A stretch of 64,000 nt of DNA. Origin: Patescibacteria group bacterium. Lineage in GTDB: Bacteria; Patescibacteriota; Patescibacteriia; UBA10025; JAHIVO01. The translations under genes and the position numbers were made by a program. Below, piece by piece: positions 1 to 10,539 of this stretch (positions are counted from its first letter, which is position 1; the number at the start of each line of letters is the position of its first letter). Location: the NCBI GenBank assembly GCA_018816445.1, contig JAHIVO010000061.1, forward strand, positions 305 through 64,304. The letters are read 5' to 3'. The notes beneath the pieces were generated by a model. It worked only from the letters and a program-made list of their open reading frames with translations. It had not been told where the DNA came from and did no database searches.

Positions 1-1308
1 CGTACGGAGGTTGTTCAGAACCAGCAGCTTGTATGTCTGCCAGAGGTTGTAGACCCGAGGCATGGCGTCAAGCATGACTGCCACCTGGAGTTGGAGGGCT
101 GTCATTCCCAGTGGCCGGAATGTCACATGGAGGCCGTCATACTTTGCCCAGTTATGGACAATAATCCGCCCTTGGTCGACAAAACGCCGGTATAGCGGGG
201 CGCCCGGGATAGGTACCAAAATAAGAAACTGCGTCGTTTCTATGCCCCAGCGGATACAGCAGCGGATTGTCTGTTTGACTGTCTCAATAGTGTCGTCGTC
301 AAACCCCAGCACCCACATGGCGTGGATGGCTATCCCATACCTGTGAAAAACCTTGGTCAGCTTACGCATGTCCGCGAATTTAAGTTTCTTCCCCGCGGCG
401 TCAAGGCTGCGCTGGTTGGTTGACTCATAGCCGACAAAGACGCGGGTCACGCCGGCCATACTCATCATGGCGACTATCCTCGGACGCTTGCCTAAATCAA
501 GGCGCACCTGGCAGGAAAACTCGCGGACGAGTCCATTGCTCACGATGCTGACACAGAGCTGTTTCAGCCGAGTCGGGTTGGCGGCGGCATTATCATCGGC
601 GATAAACACCGGTGTTTCGCCATAAATACTGTCATAGAATCTAAGGTCATCGATCACAAGTTCTTTTGAACGGAATCGGTATTCATTACCGAACATCTCA
701 TATTCGGAACAAAAGTCGCAGTCCCATGGACAGCCGCGCGAAGTAATCAGCGGGATGACGCTGGGCTTGTCAAACCCGACGATCAGCCGGAGGTCAGGAG
801 TCGGCAGAGTGTCCAGATCAACCCATTGTCTCGGCAGATTGGTCGTGTTGTGGTGGTTTTCGCTTCCCACCTTGAATGAAAGGTCGGGAATGTCGAAGAG
901 CTCGCGTGGATCACGCCCGTTCTCCCACCACTTCAGCCACATCGGGAAGCTGAGGTCAGCTTCGTGGCGGAAGACGTAGTCCGCGCCATGGTCGAGCGCT
1001 TCGTCAGGAAGAAACGTCACATGCGGCCCGCCGATGAGGATAGGGACCGTTAATTTGAGTTCTTTCCTGATTTTGCGGATGAAGTCATACGCCCGGGGGA
1101 TGGTTGAAGTAATAGAAGAAATGCAGATAATATCTGCCTGCCGGACCCTTTCCCAGTCAATGGGAGCAATATCTTCACAATAAATTTCACCTTGGTGTCC
1201 CATCTTCTTGGCCATGGTGAAAAGCAGCGGCAATCCCAACCGCGGTAATCGCACGCCGGTGAATATATGCATTCCTGGCGCTCGCGGTTCAATTCCAACA
1301 ATAAACAT
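1..1308 (-). CDS. B12-binding domain radical SAM protein (3' end runs off the window)
   Basis: Not in the ORF track; translated by hand from ATG 1308 with AAGGAG upstream. It reads MFIVGIEPRAPG...ILIGGPHVTFLPDEAL (B12-binding motif) and TSRGCPWDCDFC (CxxxCxxC). Confidence 0.9.
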   Translation of the reverse strand, partial: MFIVGIEPRAPGMHIFTGVRLPRLGLPLLFTMAKKMGHQGEIYCEDIAPIDWERVRQADIICISSITSTIPRAYDFIRKIRKELKLTVPILIGGPHVTFLPDEALDHGADYVFRHEADLSFPMWLKWWENGRDPRELFDIPDLSFKVGSENHHNTTNLPRQWVDLDTLPTPDLRLIVGFDKPSVIPLITSRGCPWDCDFCSEYEMFGNEYRFRSKELVIDDLRFYDSIYGETPVFIADDNAAANPTRLKQLCVSIVSNGLVREFSCQVRLDLGKRPRIVAMMSMAGVTRVFVGYESTNQRSLDAAGKKLKFADMRKLTKVFHRYGIAIHAMWVLGFDDDTIETVKQTIRCCIRWGIETTQFLILVPIPGAPLYRRFVDQGRIIVHNWAKYDGLHVTFRPLGMTALQLQVAVMLDAMPRVYNLWQTYKLLVLNNLRT

Positions 1309-1494
1309 TAAATTCTCCTTCTTTTTTATTAAGAAACGGTTTTTATTATCTTTTTGTTTGCCTAGTAATATTGCTAGCAAAATAGACTAAAGTCAAGCGG
1401 GGTGTGAAAAGTAGCAAAAAAAATTGAAAAAATTCACAAATTTTCTCACCAGGCAACTCGTTTAGTGAGGTGTTTTTTGGTATAATTTAAATAT

Positions 1495-1746
1495 ATGTAT
1501 CACCTCTACATAGTACGCTGTGCTGATAAAACATTATACACCGGCATAGCGCAGGACGTGAATAAAAGAGTAACCGAGCACAATACCTCCGAAGTTGGCG
1601 CTAAATATACCCGATCCAGGCGGCCTGTGAAGTTGGTATACACGCGCAGGTTTCGCAGCCGCTCTACCGCGTCCCGGGCCGAGGCACGCGTCAAACAGCT
1701 ATCGCGACAAGAAAAACTCGCTATGATACAGACAGCCAAGTGTTGA
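1495..1746 (+). CDS. GIY-YIG nuclease family protein (UPF0213/YazA-like)
   Basis: YIVRCAD-LYTGIA motif; GAKYTRSRRPVKLVY. Confidence 0.9.
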   Translation: MYHLYIVRCADKTLYTGIAQDVNKRVTEHNTSEVGAKYTRSRRPVKLVYTRRFRSRSTASRAEARVKQLSRQEKLAMIQTAKC

Positions 1747-1763
1747 TTTGATATATTTAAGAC

Positions 1764-2333
1764 ATGCAAAAGAGTATTAATTTAGATAATAACAAAATTA
1801 CTTATACCCTCAAGCAGAGTAGGCGGACGCGGAGGATGCGTCTGGCGGTTTATTGTGACGGCTCGGTGGTGGTGACTCAGCCATATCACCTTGGGGAATC
1901 TGTGGTAGAAAAGTTTTTGAGCGATAAAAGTGCGTGGCTTTTGGCAAAAGTTACTTTTTTTAAACAGTTACAGGACCGGGAAATTACCCATTATAGCAAG
2001 GCTGACTATTTGAAATATAAACAGAGCGCCTATGGATTAGCTTCAGAAAGACTGGCGTATTATAATAGATTTTATCAATTTTCTTTCAACCGAGTAAATA
2101 TTAGAAACCAAAAAACTAGGTGGGGAAGCTGTTCCAGGAAAGGCAACCTCAACTTTAATTATAAGATTCTGTTTCTGGACCATAAGACGCGGGATTATAT
2201 TATTGTGCATGAGCTGTGCCACCTCAAAGAGTTTAATCACTCCCAGAGATTTTGGGGCTTGGTGGAGAAAATATTTCCAGACTGGCGAGTGATTAAAAAA
2301 GAGCTGAGGAAGAATTCCCTGATTTTAGAATAA
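1764..2333 (+). CDS. YgjP/DUF45 family zinc metallohydrolase (M48/SprT-like)
   Basis: QKTRWGSCS and YIIVHELCHLKEFNHS (HExxH). Confidence 0.9.
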   Translation: MQKSINLDNNKITYTLKQSRRTRRMRLAVYCDGSVVVTQPYHLGESVVEKFLSDKSAWLLAKVTFFKQLQDREITHYSKADYLKYKQSAYGLASERLAYYNRFYQFSFNRVNIRNQKTRWGSCSRKGNLNFNYKILFLDHKTRDYIIVHELCHLKEFNHSQRFWGLVEKIFPDWRVIKKELRKNSLILE

Positions 2334-2369
2334 TATTAGTTATAGGTATGGTTATAATCGTGAGTATGG

Positions 2370-2401
2370 TTGACAGTTGACAGTAGGCTGTCAACTGTCA
2401 A
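2370..2401. repeat. Perfect 14-bp inverted repeat (hairpin)
   Basis: TTGACAGTTGACAG-TAGG-CTGTCAACTGTCAA. Confidence 0.8.
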
Positions 2402-2706
2402 TGAGACAGCGGCACAAATACGAAATAAAAAATTATGCATAGGTAAAATTATAGGTTTATCTATTACAGGTAGTTAAAAAGGATTTGATGTTATTAGTGA
2501 AGTCTAGAATTTAAAAATATATATTTATACTCCGGAAGAAATGAAGCAAGCCCAGTAGCTGATAGATAGGATACTGATTTTATGGGAATACTGTAGCTGT
2601 TTTATGTATTTCGTGCTAGTATGCATCTGTAAAGAGCATCAATCAAGGCACATAGTAGGGTACTGCGCCTTGCTCTAATTTTTTATTATCAATTAATATC
2701 ATCAGT

Positions 2707-3909
2707 ATGACACACGAACCCGCAATAAATTTTTATGGACTTGGGATTGCTCCCAAGCTTCTGGAGATACTTAAAAAAAATCGATTTACTAAACCGACGC
2801 CAATTCAGGCAAAAACCATTCCGCTGGCAATTGAGAGCAAGGACCTGATCGGCATAGCGCAAACCGGGACAGGGAAAACACTTGCCTTTGGCATGCCCAT
2901 GATGCAAAACATCGCACGCTTAAAAACGCGAGGGCTTATTTTGGTTCCCACGCGTGAGTTGGCCGCGCAAGTAGATGAGGTACTTGTGAATTTAGGTAAA
3001 TCATTTGGACTTAAAACAGTGCTCATTATCGGCGGCGCGTCCGCCGGCCAGCAGATACGCGCGCTCAAAGCCACGCCGCATATCATCATAGCCACGCCGG
3101 GCAGGCTCATTGACCACCTCTCAAAACAACCCACCTTACTGCAGGGAATCGGCATTGTCGTGCTTGATGAAGCTGATCGGATGCTTGATATGGGATTTGC
3201 ACCGCAGATTGAAAAGATTCTTATCCGTACTCCCAAACAGCGGCAGACAATGCTTTTTTCGGCAACCATGCCGCAGTCTATAGTCGCGATCGCTAACCGG
3301 CATATGCACTTGCCGTTGCGCGTTGAAATTGCGAAATCCGGAACCACAGTCAAGGAAATAGATCAGGAAGTGATTTTTCTTTCAGCCAACGATAAACGCC
3401 CCACCCTAAAGATTCTTCTTGAGCGCTATAGCGGTTCTATTTTGATATTTTCCCGCACGAAATGGGGCGCGAAAAAACTTGCCAATACAATCCGCCATAT
3501 GGGGTATACGGCATCGGAGATTCATTCAAATAGAAGTTTGGCCCAGCGGCGGTCAGCCATTGAAGGATTTAAAAAAGGTGCGCATCGTATTCTGGTCGCT
3601 ACTGATATCGCCGCCCGCGGTCTTGACGTGAATAACATTGAAGTCGTCATTAATTATGATTTGCCGGGCACGCCAGATGATTATGTCCACCGCATCGGGC
3701 GTACTGCGCGAGCTGGTAAAAAAGGTAAAGCAATTTCATTCGCCACCCCTGACCAAAGACGGGACGTTCAGGACATTGAACGGCTGATACGGACGCAGCT
3801 CGTTGTCGGGAAGGAAACCTCGGTGTCTAAATTGCCCCAGCATCAAGCGCATCATCCGCGGAAACGGCATTCTCGTTACCGTTCACGCCAACATCGCAGA
3901 CGACGATAG
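2707..3909 (+). CDS. DEAD-box RNA helicase (RhlE-like)
   Basis: Q motif, AQTGTGKT, PTRELA, DEAD, SAT, HRIGRTARAG, basic tail. Confidence 0.95.
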   Translation: MTHEPAINFYGLGIAPKLLEILKKNRFTKPTPIQAKTIPLAIESKDLIGIAQTGTGKTLAFGMPMMQNIARLKTRGLILVPTRELAAQVDEVLVNLGKSFGLKTVLIIGGASAGQQIRALKATPHIIIATPGRLIDHLSKQPTLLQGIGIVVLDEADRMLDMGFAPQIEKILIRTPKQRQTMLFSATMPQSIVAIANRHMHLPLRVEIAKSGTTVKEIDQEVIFLSANDKRPTLKILLERYSGSILIFSRTKWGAKKLANTIRHMGYTASEIHSNRSLAQRRSAIEGFKKGAHRILVATDIAARGLDVNNIEVVINYDLPGTPDDYVHRIGRTARAGKKGKAISFATPDQRRDVQDIERLIRTQLVVGKETSVSKLPQHQAHHPRKRHSRYRSRQHRRRR

Positions 3910-3962
3910 TTGTGCGGGTAGTATAAAGTTTTTGGTTTATTTATTTGTGCTATAATTGTTTT

Positions 3963-4784
3963 ATGGAAGCAGAATACGTCATAAAAAATGGTGAATTAAT
4001 TTCCAAGGAAAAGGCCTGTATCTCTGTTTACAATAAGGCCATGTTTTTTGATTTTTGCGTTTATTCAAACATCAAAGTGGTACAGGGCCAGATGATAATG
4101 GCCGAGATAGAAGTAGATCGGCTAATCTCTTCAGCAAAAATAATTGGACTGGATCATAAGTTTAAAAAAGAGGAAATTATTAATTGGGCTAAGCAATTAG
4201 TTGAGAAAAATAATTTACACGACTCATTAATTCGTTTACTGTTAATTGGTCCGGAACAGGATTCTGAAGCGCAGTTATTTTTGTTTCCGGTCGGCCTGAC
4301 TTTCCACCAAAAGCAGTGGTATAAGCAGGGCGCTAAGCTGATTACCTTTCAGGGCGAGCGATTTATGCCCACGGCTAAAGTAAAAAGCCTGTTTATGTCT
4401 TATATGGCTTATAGCCAAGCCAGGAAAGCTGGCGCTTATGATGCGCTCCTAATTGACCGTGATGGGAATATTAGGGAAGGGACACGCTCCAGCTTTTTTG
4501 TTATTAAAGACAATGTGTTAATAGCACCGCCAGCAGAAAAGGTATTGGTCGGAGCCACCCGGACGATTTTAATGGCTATAGTGCCAGATATTATGCAGGT
4601 AAAAGAGGAAGATATCCCCTTAAGCAGGATTAAAGAATATGATGAATATTTTGTGACTGGCACTTCAGTTAAGGTGATGCCGGTTCGGCAGATTGATGAT
4701 ACAGTAGTTAAACAAGGAGAGAGCGAGATGGTTATGAAGTTAAGACAGGCATTTAAGGATTATTGTAAAAAGACAATAGCGTAA
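3963..4784 (+). CDS. Aminotransferase class IV (branched-chain/D-amino acid/ADC lyase-like)
   Basis: YDALLIDRDGNIREGTRSSFF, VLVGATR, EYFVTGTS..VMPVRQID; ATG at 3963 chosen as start. Confidence 0.85.
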   Translation: MEAEYVIKNGELISKEKACISVYNKAMFFDFCVYSNIKVVQGQMIMAEIEVDRLISSAKIIGLDHKFKKEEIINWAKQLVEKNNLHDSLIRLLLIGPEQDSEAQLFLFPVGLTFHQKQWYKQGAKLITFQGERFMPTAKVKSLFMSYMAYSQARKAGAYDALLIDRDGNIREGTRSSFFVIKDNVLIAPPAEKVLVGATRTILMAIVPDIMQVKEEDIPLSRIKEYDEYFVTGTSVKVMPVRQIDDTVVKQGESEMVMKLRQAFKDYCKKTIA

Positions 4785-4900
4785 TTTAGTATAATAGTTA
4801 TATACAGCTAACCAGGCTGTTTTTTCCTTGACAATAAAAATATTTATGATAATATGCGGGATTAAGAAGATGAATATTTTAAAAGGTATCAAGAGGAATA

Positions 4901-5152
4901 ATGGGCAAAGGAAAATTGGTACAGTTCTCTGAATTGCCCTGGAATAGCTGCTTTCGATTACCAGACGGGGATGAGGTGTTATGGAAACACGCATGTGCTG
5001 TTTATCTCCTCAAATCAAACGGAGGTACGGATGGCTGGTTTCTTGGTTCTGACCATGAGATTTTACCTACTACAGAGGTAGTGTTAGTTGATAAATCTGA
5101 GATAAGCCCTACTGAGATTCCGATAATACAAAATTGCAATGGTGTTACTTGA
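4901..5152 (+). CDS. Hypothetical protein
   Basis: GAGG RBS, TTGACA/GATAAT promoter upstream and terminator downstream. Confidence 0.6.
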   Translation: MGKGKLVQFSELPWNSCFRLPDGDEVLWKHACAVYLLKSNGGTDGWFLGSDHEILPTTEVVLVDKSEISPTEIPIIQNCNGVT

Positions 5153-5168
5153 GATATCCAATTCTCCG

Positions 5169-5198
5169 GGCCCTGCTTTTTCTAAGAGGGCCTTTTTT
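5169..5198 (+). terminator. Rho-independent terminator
   Basis: GGCCCT...AGGGCC stem followed by a T-tract. Confidence 0.6.
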
Positions 5199-5283
5199 AT
5201 TTGACTAAATAGTACTTAATGGTATGATAAACTAATTAATAAAAACAAATAAACAAAGGGTTTTTTAACAAGGAGGTGTACAA

Positions 5284-6795
5284 GTGAGTACACAAGAATT
5301 TGATAAGCTGATTGAATTACTTCAGCCAGCAAATCAAAAGGGAAGTATTGCTGCCCGTTTGCATTTTGATGATCAGACAGGCAGTCCACCGGATGAGGAG
5401 GCCAAGAAACAATTAGCCCAGTTAATGGCTCTGGCTGAGCGCGAAGCGCACGAGCTGTTTACAGCCGATTCGATTAGCCAAGCACTCACTGGACGTACCG
5501 GCTTATCCTTAACCGAGCAGCGCATGGTTGACCGTTTACAACTTTCTCATGATATGGCCAAACGGATACCGCCGGAGTTCGTACAGAAGCAGAGAGAGCA
5601 TATTCAGGCCGCTAATCGGGTCTGGATCGAGGCGCGTCAAAAAAGCGACTTTACCCTGTTCCAAAATACTTTTACAAAATCGGTGGAACTGGCGCGGGAA
5701 GAAGCGATCATGCTGGGGGCTGATTCCGGCCGGCCGGAAACTTATTATCCGGCCTTACTGCCGATTTACGAGCCGGGCATGGATTTTGCGCGTCTAAGAG
5801 AAATCATTGAGGCAGTGCAGGGACCGACCGTTGACTTGCTAGGCCGGATCACCAGTTCCGGCAAGGAGTTCACTGATAAGCTGTGGCGCGGTTATTTCGA
5901 AATTGACCGGCAAAAGTCTTTGGGTCAGACTGCCGCTTGGCTAATGGGCTATGATTTTAAGCGGGGCATACTGAAAGTCACAGTCCATCCGTTCATGTCC
6001 ACTGTCGGTTTGAATGATTGTCGGATTACTACTCGCTATGACCCGACCTACCTGCCTCAAGCACTGGGCGGCGTGATGCATGAGGCTGGTCACGGACTGT
6101 ATGAGCAGAATGTGGCTGAAGCGATTCGCCGTTTCATCACCGTACCGCTGGTTCATTCGCACGGCATCCATGAATCAAGTTCTCTGTTGTGGGAATGCTT
6201 TGTCGGGCGCAGTAAGCCGTTCCTGCAGTTCTTCCACCCGATCCTGACGGCTCTTTTTGAGCAGTACCGGGATGTGTCAGTGGATGAGCTGTATCAGGCA
6301 ATTAACCGGGTTATGCCCAGTTTTATTCGTGTGGAAGCGGATGAACTGACTTACAACCTGCACATTATTCTCAGGTTCGGTATGGAGCCGGAAATTTTGG
6401 CCGGCAATATCAAACCAGAGGATGTGCCAGCAGAGTGGAACCGCCGGTTTAAAGAGCTCTTTGGCATCGCGGTTGACACTGATGCAAATGGTTGTTTGCA
6501 AGATATCCACTGGTCGCACGGGTACTTCGGGTATTTCCCGACGTATTTGCTCGGCAAGCTGGGCGCGGCTCAGCTCTTTGCCGCCTTTGTTAAGGCTGTA
6601 CCAAGTTGGCAGGAGCAGTTCCGAATGGGCAATTTCAGAGTTTTGCTTGATTGGCTGTGTAAGAACGTCTATCCCTATGGACATGTTTCGGCTATGGACG
6701 ATCTGATGGTTAAAGCCACAGGTGAGAAGCTGAATCCGAAATATTGGTTTGATCATCTGGAGGAGAAGTTTGGCCAATTGTATGGCTTGAATTAG
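5284..6795 (+). CDS. Carboxypeptidase M32 (Taq-type)
   Basis: HPF, DCRITTRY, HEAGH, HESSS, IRVEADELTYNLH, GCLQDIHW; AGGAGG RBS. Confidence 0.95.
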   Translation: MSTQEFDKLIELLQPANQKGSIAARLHFDDQTGSPPDEEAKKQLAQLMALAEREAHELFTADSISQALTGRTGLSLTEQRMVDRLQLSHDMAKRIPPEFVQKQREHIQAANRVWIEARQKSDFTLFQNTFTKSVELAREEAIMLGADSGRPETYYPALLPIYEPGMDFARLREIIEAVQGPTVDLLGRITSSGKEFTDKLWRGYFEIDRQKSLGQTAAWLMGYDFKRGILKVTVHPFMSTVGLNDCRITTRYDPTYLPQALGGVMHEAGHGLYEQNVAEAIRRFITVPLVHSHGIHESSSLLWECFVGRSKPFLQFFHPILTALFEQYRDVSVDELYQAINRVMPSFIRVEADELTYNLHIILRFGMEPEILAGNIKPEDVPAEWNRRFKELFGIAVDTDANGCLQDIHWSHGYFGYFPTYLLGKLGAAQLFAAFVKAVPSWQEQFRMGNFRVLLDWLCKNVYPYGHVSAMDDLMVKATGEKLNPKYWFDHLEEKFGQLYGLN

Positions 6796-6823
6796 CTCTT
6801 TCGTAGGTAATTTTATGTTTATG

Positions 6824-6852
6824 GTGCGCAACGTACGTTGCGCACTTTTTTT
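6824..6852 (+). terminator. Rho-independent terminator
   Basis: GTGCGCAACGTACGTTGCGCAC followed by T7. Confidence 0.75.
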
Positions 6853-6868
6853 AATAGGAGTATATTTA

Positions 6869-6890
6869 ATTATGGGTATATATTCATAAT
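6869..6890. promoter_or_regulatory. Imperfect palindrome upstream of DUF5320-DUF134 unit 1 (candidate operator)
   Basis: ATTATGGGTATATATTCATAAT; identical copy at 21373-21394. Confidence 0.6.
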
Positions 6891-6994
6891 AATTCATTGT
6901 TAATAGTATAAAGTTTATAGTCGATTGCCATTAACAATAAACTATCAACTAAAAATAAAGGTCATTAATTAGTTATCCACAAGGAAATAAAACT

Positions 6995-7261
6995 ATGCCA
7001 AATTACGATGGTCAAGGTCCCGGATGGGGCGGCGGACCAGGCGCTGGCTGGGGATATGGTCCGTGCACCTGCCCGCCATTGGCTTCGCCAACAGGCGAAG
7101 GCAGGCGGGGCGCTGGTCGCGGTTGGGGACGCGGCTGGAGACGTAGAATTAAATGGAGTAAAGAGGATGAGATGAAAATGCTGGAAGATGAAGAAGCGGC
7201 TATAACAGAAGAGCTGGCTGAAATCCAAAAAGCCAAGCAGGAACTTAAAGCTGAACAATAA
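6995..7261 (+). CDS. DUF5320 family Gly/Arg-rich protein, copy 1
   Basis: MPNYDGQGPGWGGGPGAGWG...GRGWGRG plus C-terminal coiled coil. Confidence 0.8.
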   Translation: MPNYDGQGPGWGGGPGAGWGYGPCTCPPLASPTGEGRRGAGRGWGRGWRRRIKWSKEDEMKMLEDEEAAITEELAEIQKAKQELKAEQ

Positions 7262-7439
7262 CACCAGTCCCACTTGTTAATTGACAAGAATTAGGCTAGA
7301 GTATAAGAAAACAAGTGGGGCTAATTCTAGCCATTTAATTAAAATATCAAAATACAAAATTTAAATGGCAATTAATAATTTAGTTTTTAATTTTTTCAAT
7401 GTTATTTTCAATTTTTATAATTAAATTTTCATTTTTATT

Positions 7440-7715
7440 ATGACCAGGCCTCGTTTATGCAGAAGAGTAAAATTCAGACCGCGGACTACCTTTTTTAAGC
7501 CGCGCGGAGTTCCTTTGCGATCTTTGGATATTGTTGAATTATCAAAAGAAGAAGTTGAAGCTATGCGTTTAAAAAATATTTCAGGCTTAGACCAAACCGA
7601 ATGTGCCAAAGCTATGCGTACTTCACAAAGCACTTTCCAGCGCATATTATCTTCTGCTTATAATAAAATCAGCCAGGCAATAATTAAAGGCAAGGCAATT
7701 TCAATTCAAAAATAA
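7440..7715 (+). CDS. DUF134 (UPF0251) HTH protein, copy 1
   Basis: RPRLCRRV...FKPRGVP...EEVEAMRLK...QTECAKAM..SQSTFQRIL..A..KI..AI..GKAI. Confidence 0.9.
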   Translation: MTRPRLCRRVKFRPRTTFFKPRGVPLRSLDIVELSKEEVEAMRLKNISGLDQTECAKAMRTSQSTFQRILSSAYNKISQAIIKGKAISIQK

Positions 7716-7717
7716 TA

Positions 7718-8857
7718 ATGCTTAATAAGATATTAAAATTTATATTTATATTCTCGACACTGTTGTTTTTTGCATTGCCTGTTTCAGCTAAAGATAACGA
7801 TAGTGTTGAAATTAACTTTTTTTACAGCGATACCTGCCCTCATTGCGCCAAAGAAGAGGTTTTTTTAGATGGGCTGGAACAGGAATTAGGCGATACAATC
7901 TTAATTAGCCGATATGAGGTGTCTGATAAGGATAATTTGGAGATATTTGAGAAGTTTATTGAATCGTCAGGCCAGGAAGTTAGGGGCGTGCCGGCCACTT
8001 TCATCGGCGATAAGGAAGTAATTGTGGGGTTCAACTCCAGCACTGATACAGGCCAGCGCATCAGGAATGTAATTAATGAATGCTTAAGTGAGTGTCCGGC
8101 CGATAATTCATTATTAGTTGATTTGCCGTTGTTCGGTGAAACGGATTTATCAAAATATTCATTGTTCGGTTTAACCGCCGTTGTGGCAGCCATTGACGGA
8201 TTCAATCCCTGCGCTATGTGGGTGCTGATTATCCTGATTGGATTTTTATTGGGCATGGAAAACCGGCGGCGCATGTGGACACTGGGCCTGACGTTTATTG
8301 CGGCCTCGGCTTTGGTTTACTTTATATTTTTAGCCGCCTGGCTGAAGTTTTTTCAGTTTATCGGGGTAGTCAGGCCGGTGCAGATTATTATTGGCTTAGT
8401 GGCTATTAGCGTGGCTATATATTATTTCCGGCGGTTTTGGAAATCACGTCCGGGTGAGTGTGAAGTGACCAATGTGGATCAGCGCCGCAAGATTACAGTG
8501 CGCATGAAAGCGGTTATTCAAAAGCGTTCTTTATTACTTGCCCTAATAGGAATTATTGGATTAGCTTTTGTGGTCAATTTGATTGAACTAGCCTGTTCAG
8601 CCGGTCTGCCTGCTATTTTTGCGCAGGTGCTGGCCTTAAGCGACTTGCCGTCCTGGCAGTATTATTTCTATCTGTTATTATATGTGATTATTTTCATGCT
8701 TGATGACATGATTGTATTTGCCATAGCCATGATAACTATGAAAGCGGCTGGCACTACAGGTAAGTACAGCCGTTATGCCACTTTAATCGGAGCTATTGTA
8801 ATACTGTTTTTAGGACTTTTGTTAATGTTAAAGCCAGAGTGGATTATGTTTGGTTAG
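7718..8857 (+). CDS. Thioredoxin/glutaredoxin domain fused to a CcdA/DsbD-like membrane domain
   Basis: Signal peptide, CPHC, GVP; DGFNPCAMW and ELACSAGLP membrane motifs. Confidence 0.8.
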   Translation: MLNKILKFIFIFSTLLFFALPVSAKDNDSVEINFFYSDTCPHCAKEEVFLDGLEQELGDTILISRYEVSDKDNLEIFEKFIESSGQEVRGVPATFIGDKEVIVGFNSSTDTGQRIRNVINECLSECPADNSLLVDLPLFGETDLSKYSLFGLTAVVAAIDGFNPCAMWVLIILIGFLLGMENRRRMWTLGLTFIAASALVYFIFLAAWLKFFQFIGVVRPVQIIIGLVAISVAIYYFRRFWKSRPGECEVTNVDQRRKITVRMKAVIQKRSLLLALIGIIGLAFVVNLIELACSAGLPAIFAQVLALSDLPSWQYYFYLLLYVIIFMLDDMIVFAIAMITMKAAGTTGKYSRYATLIGAIVILFLGLLLMLKPEWIMFG

Positions 8858-8949
8858 ATTAGTTTGTAGTGAGTAGTAGGTTGTAGGTAGTTACAATTAG
8901 TGATTACCTTTTTTGTTTTAAATGATTTTCTGGGATATAATAGGCTCAT

Positions 8950-9636
8950 ATGGCTTTTTTAAATAGTGCATTTGATAAGGTATTTCGCAGGAATAAAGAC
9001 ATCTGGAAAACGGATTTATTTGTGGTGGGAGTTTTTTTATTAATTACGCTGATTTATTTGTTCTGGCAGCCGAAATTACCCACACGCGAGGAAATTGAAC
9101 AGTTAACCTACCATTTTGGCAGTATTGGCCCCTTAGCAATTATTGGTGTAATAATCGTAGAAACAGTAATAGCTCCGATTCCCGGGGCGATAATTCCCAT
9201 AGCTGTCGGCGCTTTATACGGTATTTGGCCGGGCATATTATACGTTTGGATCGGCGATGTGGCCGGTTCAATCATTGCTTTTTGGATATCACGCAAGCTA
9301 GGCCGGCCGGTGGTTGAAAAAATTATAAATAGCAAGAAAATTGACCATTATGACAAGTTCTTGCACCGCAACCAGCTGTTTATTTGGCTGATTTATATTG
9401 TGCCGATATTCCCCATTGATATGATCAGTTTTGTTATTGGCTTGTCAAAAATATCCTTTAAACGGTTTTTATATATTGTTGGCGTGGGTTTTGTTTTGAA
9501 TCTTTTGATTTTAACCTTTTTTGGGGATCAATTAATTACTGCTTCTGGTACTGCAAAAATGTGGTATGCAATAATTATTATGGTTGTAATATTAGTAACA
9601 GTGTCCATTGAAAAGAAAGTGTTTAGAAAAGATTAA
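8950..9636 (+). CDS. TVP38/TMEM64 (VTT/DedA superfamily) membrane protein
   Basis: APIPG..GALYGIWPG, AFWISRKLGR, PIFPIDMISFVIGLSKISF. Confidence 0.85.
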   Translation: MAFLNSAFDKVFRRNKDIWKTDLFVVGVFLLITLIYLFWQPKLPTREEIEQLTYHFGSIGPLAIIGVIIVETVIAPIPGAIIPIAVGALYGIWPGILYVWIGDVAGSIIAFWISRKLGRPVVEKIINSKKIDHYDKFLHRNQLFIWLIYIVPIFPIDMISFVIGLSKISFKRFLYIVGVGFVLNLLILTFFGDQLITASGTAKMWYAIIIMVVILVTVSIEKKVFRKD

Positions 9637-9640
9637 AAAT

Positions 9641-10414
9641 ATGAAAATAAAAGAACTCACAAGTTCTGATAATGAGAAAATAAAGTCTTTGCGAAAATTG
9701 AACCAAAAGAAGTATCGGCTGGAGTCAAGACGTTTTTTTATTGAAAATGCGAAAATAATTAATGATGCTTTATCTTCTGGTACAGTTTTTGAATCATTAT
9801 TTATTACGGAGAATTTTGCAGAAAAAAATAAGGCCTGGCTGGACAAGATATTAAGCCAGGCAAAAACCACACAGTACTATTTAATAACGGACAGCATTAA
9901 TGCAACTTTTTCCAACCTTGATACTCCGCCTGGTATTGGGGCAGTTTATAAAAAAATTGAAAGGCCGATTAAATACAATTCGCATATAGTTTATCTGAAT
10001 GGCATTAATGATCCAGGTAACCTGGGTACAATTTTACGTTCAGCCCTTGCCTTTGGAATAAAAAATATTGTGCTGGACGAAGCGTGTGCGGATGTTTACA
10101 ATTTTAAAACTTTGCAGGCGGCCAAGGATTCAATTTTCAAATTAAACATTTCTTTTGATAAAAATTATCTGGAATTAAAGAAAATTAAATCAGCCATGAA
10201 AGTATATTCAACTAAAATGGATAATGCCGTATCAATGAAAAGCATGAAGCAGGATGATAAGTTCTGTTTGGTGCTAGGCAGTGAGGCGCATGGAGTGAGC
10301 CAGGCCATTCAGGATTTATCGGATGGTTTTGTTAAAATAGATATTAGACAAGACATGGAGTCATTAAACGTGGCCAGCGCTGCGGCCATTTTTTTCTATG
10401 AAATGTCCCAATAG
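9641..10414 (+). CDS. TrmH/SpoU family RNA methyltransferase
   Basis: INDPGNLGTILRSA, LVLGSEAHGVS, ESLNVASAAAI. Confidence 0.92.
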   Translation: MKIKELTSSDNEKIKSLRKLNQKKYRLESRRFFIENAKIINDALSSGTVFESLFITENFAEKNKAWLDKILSQAKTTQYYLITDSINATFSNLDTPPGIGAVYKKIERPIKYNSHIVYLNGINDPGNLGTILRSALAFGIKNIVLDEACADVYNFKTLQAAKDSIFKLNISFDKNYLELKKIKSAMKVYSTKMDNAVSMKSMKQDDKFCLVLGSEAHGVSQAIQDLSDGFVKIDIRQDMESLNVASAAAIFFYEMSQ

Positions 10415-10416
10415 GC

Positions 10417-10445
10417 TTGACTGATTGTTTAAACTAGTATATACT
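10417..10445 (+). promoter_or_regulatory. Sigma70-type promoter of the leader/tRNA-Asn transcript
   Basis: TTGACT (10417)-17 nt-TATACT (10440). Confidence 0.75.
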
Positions 10446-10454
10446 TTATAAGCT

Positions 10455-10514
10455 ATGAAATATTTATACGCTGAATTGAATAATAATTCAAATAACCGAC
10501 TCCTGCCGGCGTAA
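10455..10514 (+). CDS. Asn-rich leader peptide MKYLYAELNNNSNNRLLPA (putative attenuator leader)
   Basis: 19-codon ORF with 5 Asn codons in 6 positions. It starts just after the -10 box and is followed by a terminator and tRNA-Asn genes. Confidence 0.75.
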   Translation: MKYLYAELNNNSNNRLLPA

Positions 10515-10539
10515 TTTTGTTTATTTCAATAGCGTTAAT

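Noticed and set aside
62-1390. Short ORFs in the track at the window start
   Set aside because: They are antisense or alternate-frame shadows of the minus-strand radical SAM gene (1-1308), which the track misses because it is truncated
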